Source: Ferruginibacter sp. (GTDB taxonomy: Bacteria; Bacteroidota; Bacteroidia; Chitinophagales; Chitinophagaceae). From it: a stretch of DNA of 49,257 nt. Below are positions 46,840 through 49,257 of this stretch, piece after piece (position 1 is the stretch's first letter; every line of letters starts with the position of its first letter). A program made the translations under genes and the position numbers. The stretch covers positions 1 to 49,257 of the forward strand of contig JANNBU010000375.1 of the NCBI GenBank assembly GCA_031385805.1, given 5' to 3'. Below the pieces are notes generated by a model. The model searched no databases. It was not told where the DNA came from and worked only from the letters and a program-made list of their open reading frames with translations.

Positions 46840-47577
46840 ATGAAATTTTTTTCCCATTTCGGACGATACCTTTTAATGCTCAAAGGCATGTTCAGCAAAC
46901 CTGAAAATGCAAAATTGTATTGGAAGGAATTCATGCACCAGTGTTCCGAGATCGGTATAGGTTCTTTGGGTATTGTTAGCATTATTTCTGTTTTTATGGG
47001 TGCGGTGAGTGCGGTTCAGACTTCTTACCAGCTTGTAAGTCCGTTGATCCCTCCAAGTACCATTGCACAGATCGTAAGGGATACAGTCATACTCGAATTT
47101 GCTCCTACCCTTGTCTGTATAGTATTAGCTGGTGTAATAGGAAGTAAGATCGCAAGTGAGTTGGGTAATATGCGGGTGAGTGAACAAATAGATGCACTTG
47201 AGATCATGGGCATCAATACCAAAACATATCTCATCATGCCAAAAATCGCAGCAGCATTATTAACCATTCCTATGCTGGTAGTGCTGGCAATGGTATTGGG
47301 AATTTATGGTGGCCGCCTGGCAGGATCAGCATCCGGAATTCTTTCAACAAACACCTATGACCAGGGATTGTTACAAAGCTTTATGCCTTACAATGTAATT
47401 TTTGCTTTGATAAAAGCATACACATTTGCATTTATTATAAGTACAGTACCGGCTTATTATGGATATTATGTAAAAGGCGGTTCGCTGGAGATCGGCAGAA
47501 GCAGTACAACTTCGGTTGTGGTTAGTTGTGTAATGATCTTATTGGCGGATTATGCATTGGCGGCTTTATTGTTATAA
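46840..47577 (+). CDS. mlaE: MlaE-family ABC transporter permease
   Basis: EFAP, ASELG.MRVSEQIDALE.MG, GG...IGR..T..VV. Confidence 0.9.
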   Translation: MKFFSHFGRYLLMLKGMFSKPENAKLYWKEFMHQCSEIGIGSLGIVSIISVFMGAVSAVQTSYQLVSPLIPPSTIAQIVRDTVILEFAPTLVCIVLAGVIGSKIASELGNMRVSEQIDALEIMGINTKTYLIMPKIAAALLTIPMLVVLAMVLGIYGGRLAGSASGILSTNTYDQGLLQSFMPYNVIFALIKAYTFAFIISTVPAYYGYYVKGGSLEIGRSSTTSVVVSCVMILLADYALAALLL

Positions 47578-47593
47578 GTCGTTCATTCACCCA

Positions 47594-47657
47594 CATTCTG
47601 TCTATGTTTCGACAAGCTCAACATGACAGAATGCTGTCAGCCTGAGCTTGTCGAAGG
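47594..47657. repeat. REP-like palindrome (TTCGACAAGCTCA / TGAGCTTGTCGAA)
   Basis: 13-bp perfect IR at 47608-47620 / 47643-47655, plus CATTCTGTC/GACAGAATG. Confidence 0.8.
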
Positions 47658-47685
47658 CGATTCGTATAAATGATTTTTAAAAATT

Positions 47686-48483
47686 ATGATCGAATTTAAA
47701 AATATCAGTAAAAGTTTCGGCGATAAAGTTGTGCTTGATGGTGTAAGCCATATTATGGAAACCGGGAAAGCAAATTTGATCATCGGTTCCAGCGGCAGTG
47801 GTAAAACAGTTTTGCAAAAATGCTTAGTTGGATTATTTGAACCGGATGAAGGCGAGATCATTTATGATGGCAAAAGCTTTACCGACATGACTGAAGAAGA
47901 AAGAAAATTATTACGCCAGCAGATCGGGATGCTTTTCCAGGGTTCGGCATTGTTCGACAGCATGAACGTGGAAAATAATATCAAGTTCCCATTAGATATG
48001 TTTACCACAGATCCTTATTCAAAAAAAATAAAACGGGTAAATGAAGTGCTGGAAAGGGTGAACCTGGTTGGCAGCAATAAAAAATTACCATCAGAATTAA
48101 GCGGTGGTATGAAAAAAAGAGTGGCCATTGCAAGGGCTATCGTTTTAAATCCCAAATATTTATTTTGCGATGAACCCAATTCGGGTCTTGATCCGCAAAC
48201 AGCGATGCTGATAGACAAACTGATCTATGATATCACCAAGGAATTCAATATGACTACCATTGTAAACACACATGATATGAATAGTGTGATGGAGATCGGT
48301 GACAATATCCTTTACATGGTTGATGGAAAAAAGGAATGGACCGGTAATAGCAAAGACATTATATTCTCCGATAATAAACTACTCAATGAATTCATTTTCG
48401 CCTCTGAGTTTTTGCAGGATGCCAAAAATATGCGCATGCTGGAAGCAAAGGGTAAAGTTGATGGGAATGGGAAGAAGCTATAA
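47686..48483 (+). CDS. mlaF: MlaF-family ABC transporter ATP-binding protein
   Basis: GSSGSGKT, FQGSALFDS, LSGGMKKRVAIARA, CDEPNSGLDP, THD. Confidence 0.9.
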   Translation: MIEFKNISKSFGDKVVLDGVSHIMETGKANLIIGSSGSGKTVLQKCLVGLFEPDEGEIIYDGKSFTDMTEEERKLLRQQIGMLFQGSALFDSMNVENNIKFPLDMFTTDPYSKKIKRVNEVLERVNLVGSNKKLPSELSGGMKKRVAIARAIVLNPKYLFCDEPNSGLDPQTAMLIDKLIYDITKEFNMTTIVNTHDMNSVMEIGDNILYMVDGKKEWTGNSKDIIFSDNKLLNEFIFASEFLQDAKNMRMLEAKGKVDGNGKKL

Positions 48484-48703
48484 TATCCTTGTAAATATTT
48501 ATTTTTGTTCATGTCAACTCCAATATTTGCCGCAGCGATTGCAATATCATACCGATTTTAGAATATCGTACATTCCTACCTGTCATTTAATTATTTTTTA
48601 ATCCGTTATGTAATACCGGGAAAAGAAGCATCTATTCTCTAATTCTTCTTGTCATTAGAAGTATAAGATCGAGTATTAATTCACTTTAATAAAAACTGTT
48701 TAT

Positions 48704-49225
48704 ATGAAAATGCATATTTCTTTCCTGCTGTTATTTGTATTCATTTATTCCAGCTCATTTGCAAATGATGAGAAGAATACGGTAACAGCCACCCTGAAAA
48801 CAGTAACTATTTACCGTTCCGGTGCAGAAATGATCCACACTGCAACAGCCAGGCTTTCAAAAGGAAACAGCGAACTCGTTATTGAAGGAATGAGCAGTTA
48901 TGTTGATGTGAATAGTATACAGGTTAATTGCCCGGCAACTGTAACGATCCTCGGTGTTGAATTCAGCAACAATTATCTTTCACCGGAGATCATAAATCCT
49001 GTTGTAAAAAAATTAAAAGATTCCCTGGAGAACTTAACCAATCAAATTGAAAAATTAGATATCAGCATCGCTACAACAAATGACCTGATCAGTGTTTTAA
49101 AATCGAATAAAGAAATAAAAGGCAGCCAGACAGGATTAAGTGTAGCCGAGTTGATGAAACTCATGGACTATTATAAATTAAAATCCAATGAATTGCAGGC
49201 TGATCTTTCTGCTTTTACATCGTAA
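48704..49225 (+). CDS. DUF4140/DUF4139 (MuiA-like) protein, apparently truncated
   Basis: Signal peptide, VTIY..GAE, L..G..E..I.G.S..VD.NSIQV, then a coiled coil; stops at 173 aa. Confidence 0.7.
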   Translation: MKMHISFLLLFVFIYSSSFANDEKNTVTATLKTVTIYRSGAEMIHTATARLSKGNSELVIEGMSSYVDVNSIQVNCPATVTILGVEFSNNYLSPEIINPVVKKLKDSLENLTNQIEKLDISIATTNDLISVLKSNKEIKGSQTGLSVAELMKLMDYYKLKSNELQADLSAFTS

Positions 49226-49257
49226 TAAGGCGTCCAGTAAGCATTTTGCGTAATGTA

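Overview
AT-rich Bacteroidota chromosomal segment, inferred from TAnnTTTG promoters and a T9SS-type C-terminal domain; gene style is Chitinophagaceae-like (inference). It is mostly housekeeping: pgk, gap, deoC, secA, atpG, scpB, lysA, alpha-2-macroglobulin/pbpC, mtnN, maeB, mlaEF and tRNA-Glu. It also holds a hydroxyproline catabolic pathway split by a LytS/LytTR plus secreted intradiol-dioxygenase block. The window starts inside an IS4-like element and ends at a truncated gene. The unusual signal is mainly non-coding: (i) a ~350-bp integrase-free element containing only a GIY-YIG nuclease between tRNA-Glu and a duplicate of its 3' half; (ii) an AT-rich HEPN gene and neighbours bounded by attC-like sites with no integrase in view; (iii) at least eight intergenic elements made of inverted arrays of 7-9-nt repeats with differing motifs, several overlapping stop codons; (iv) several palindromic REP-like families, one of which has entered coding sequence in frame. 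All family assignments are by eye from motifs; no database search was run.
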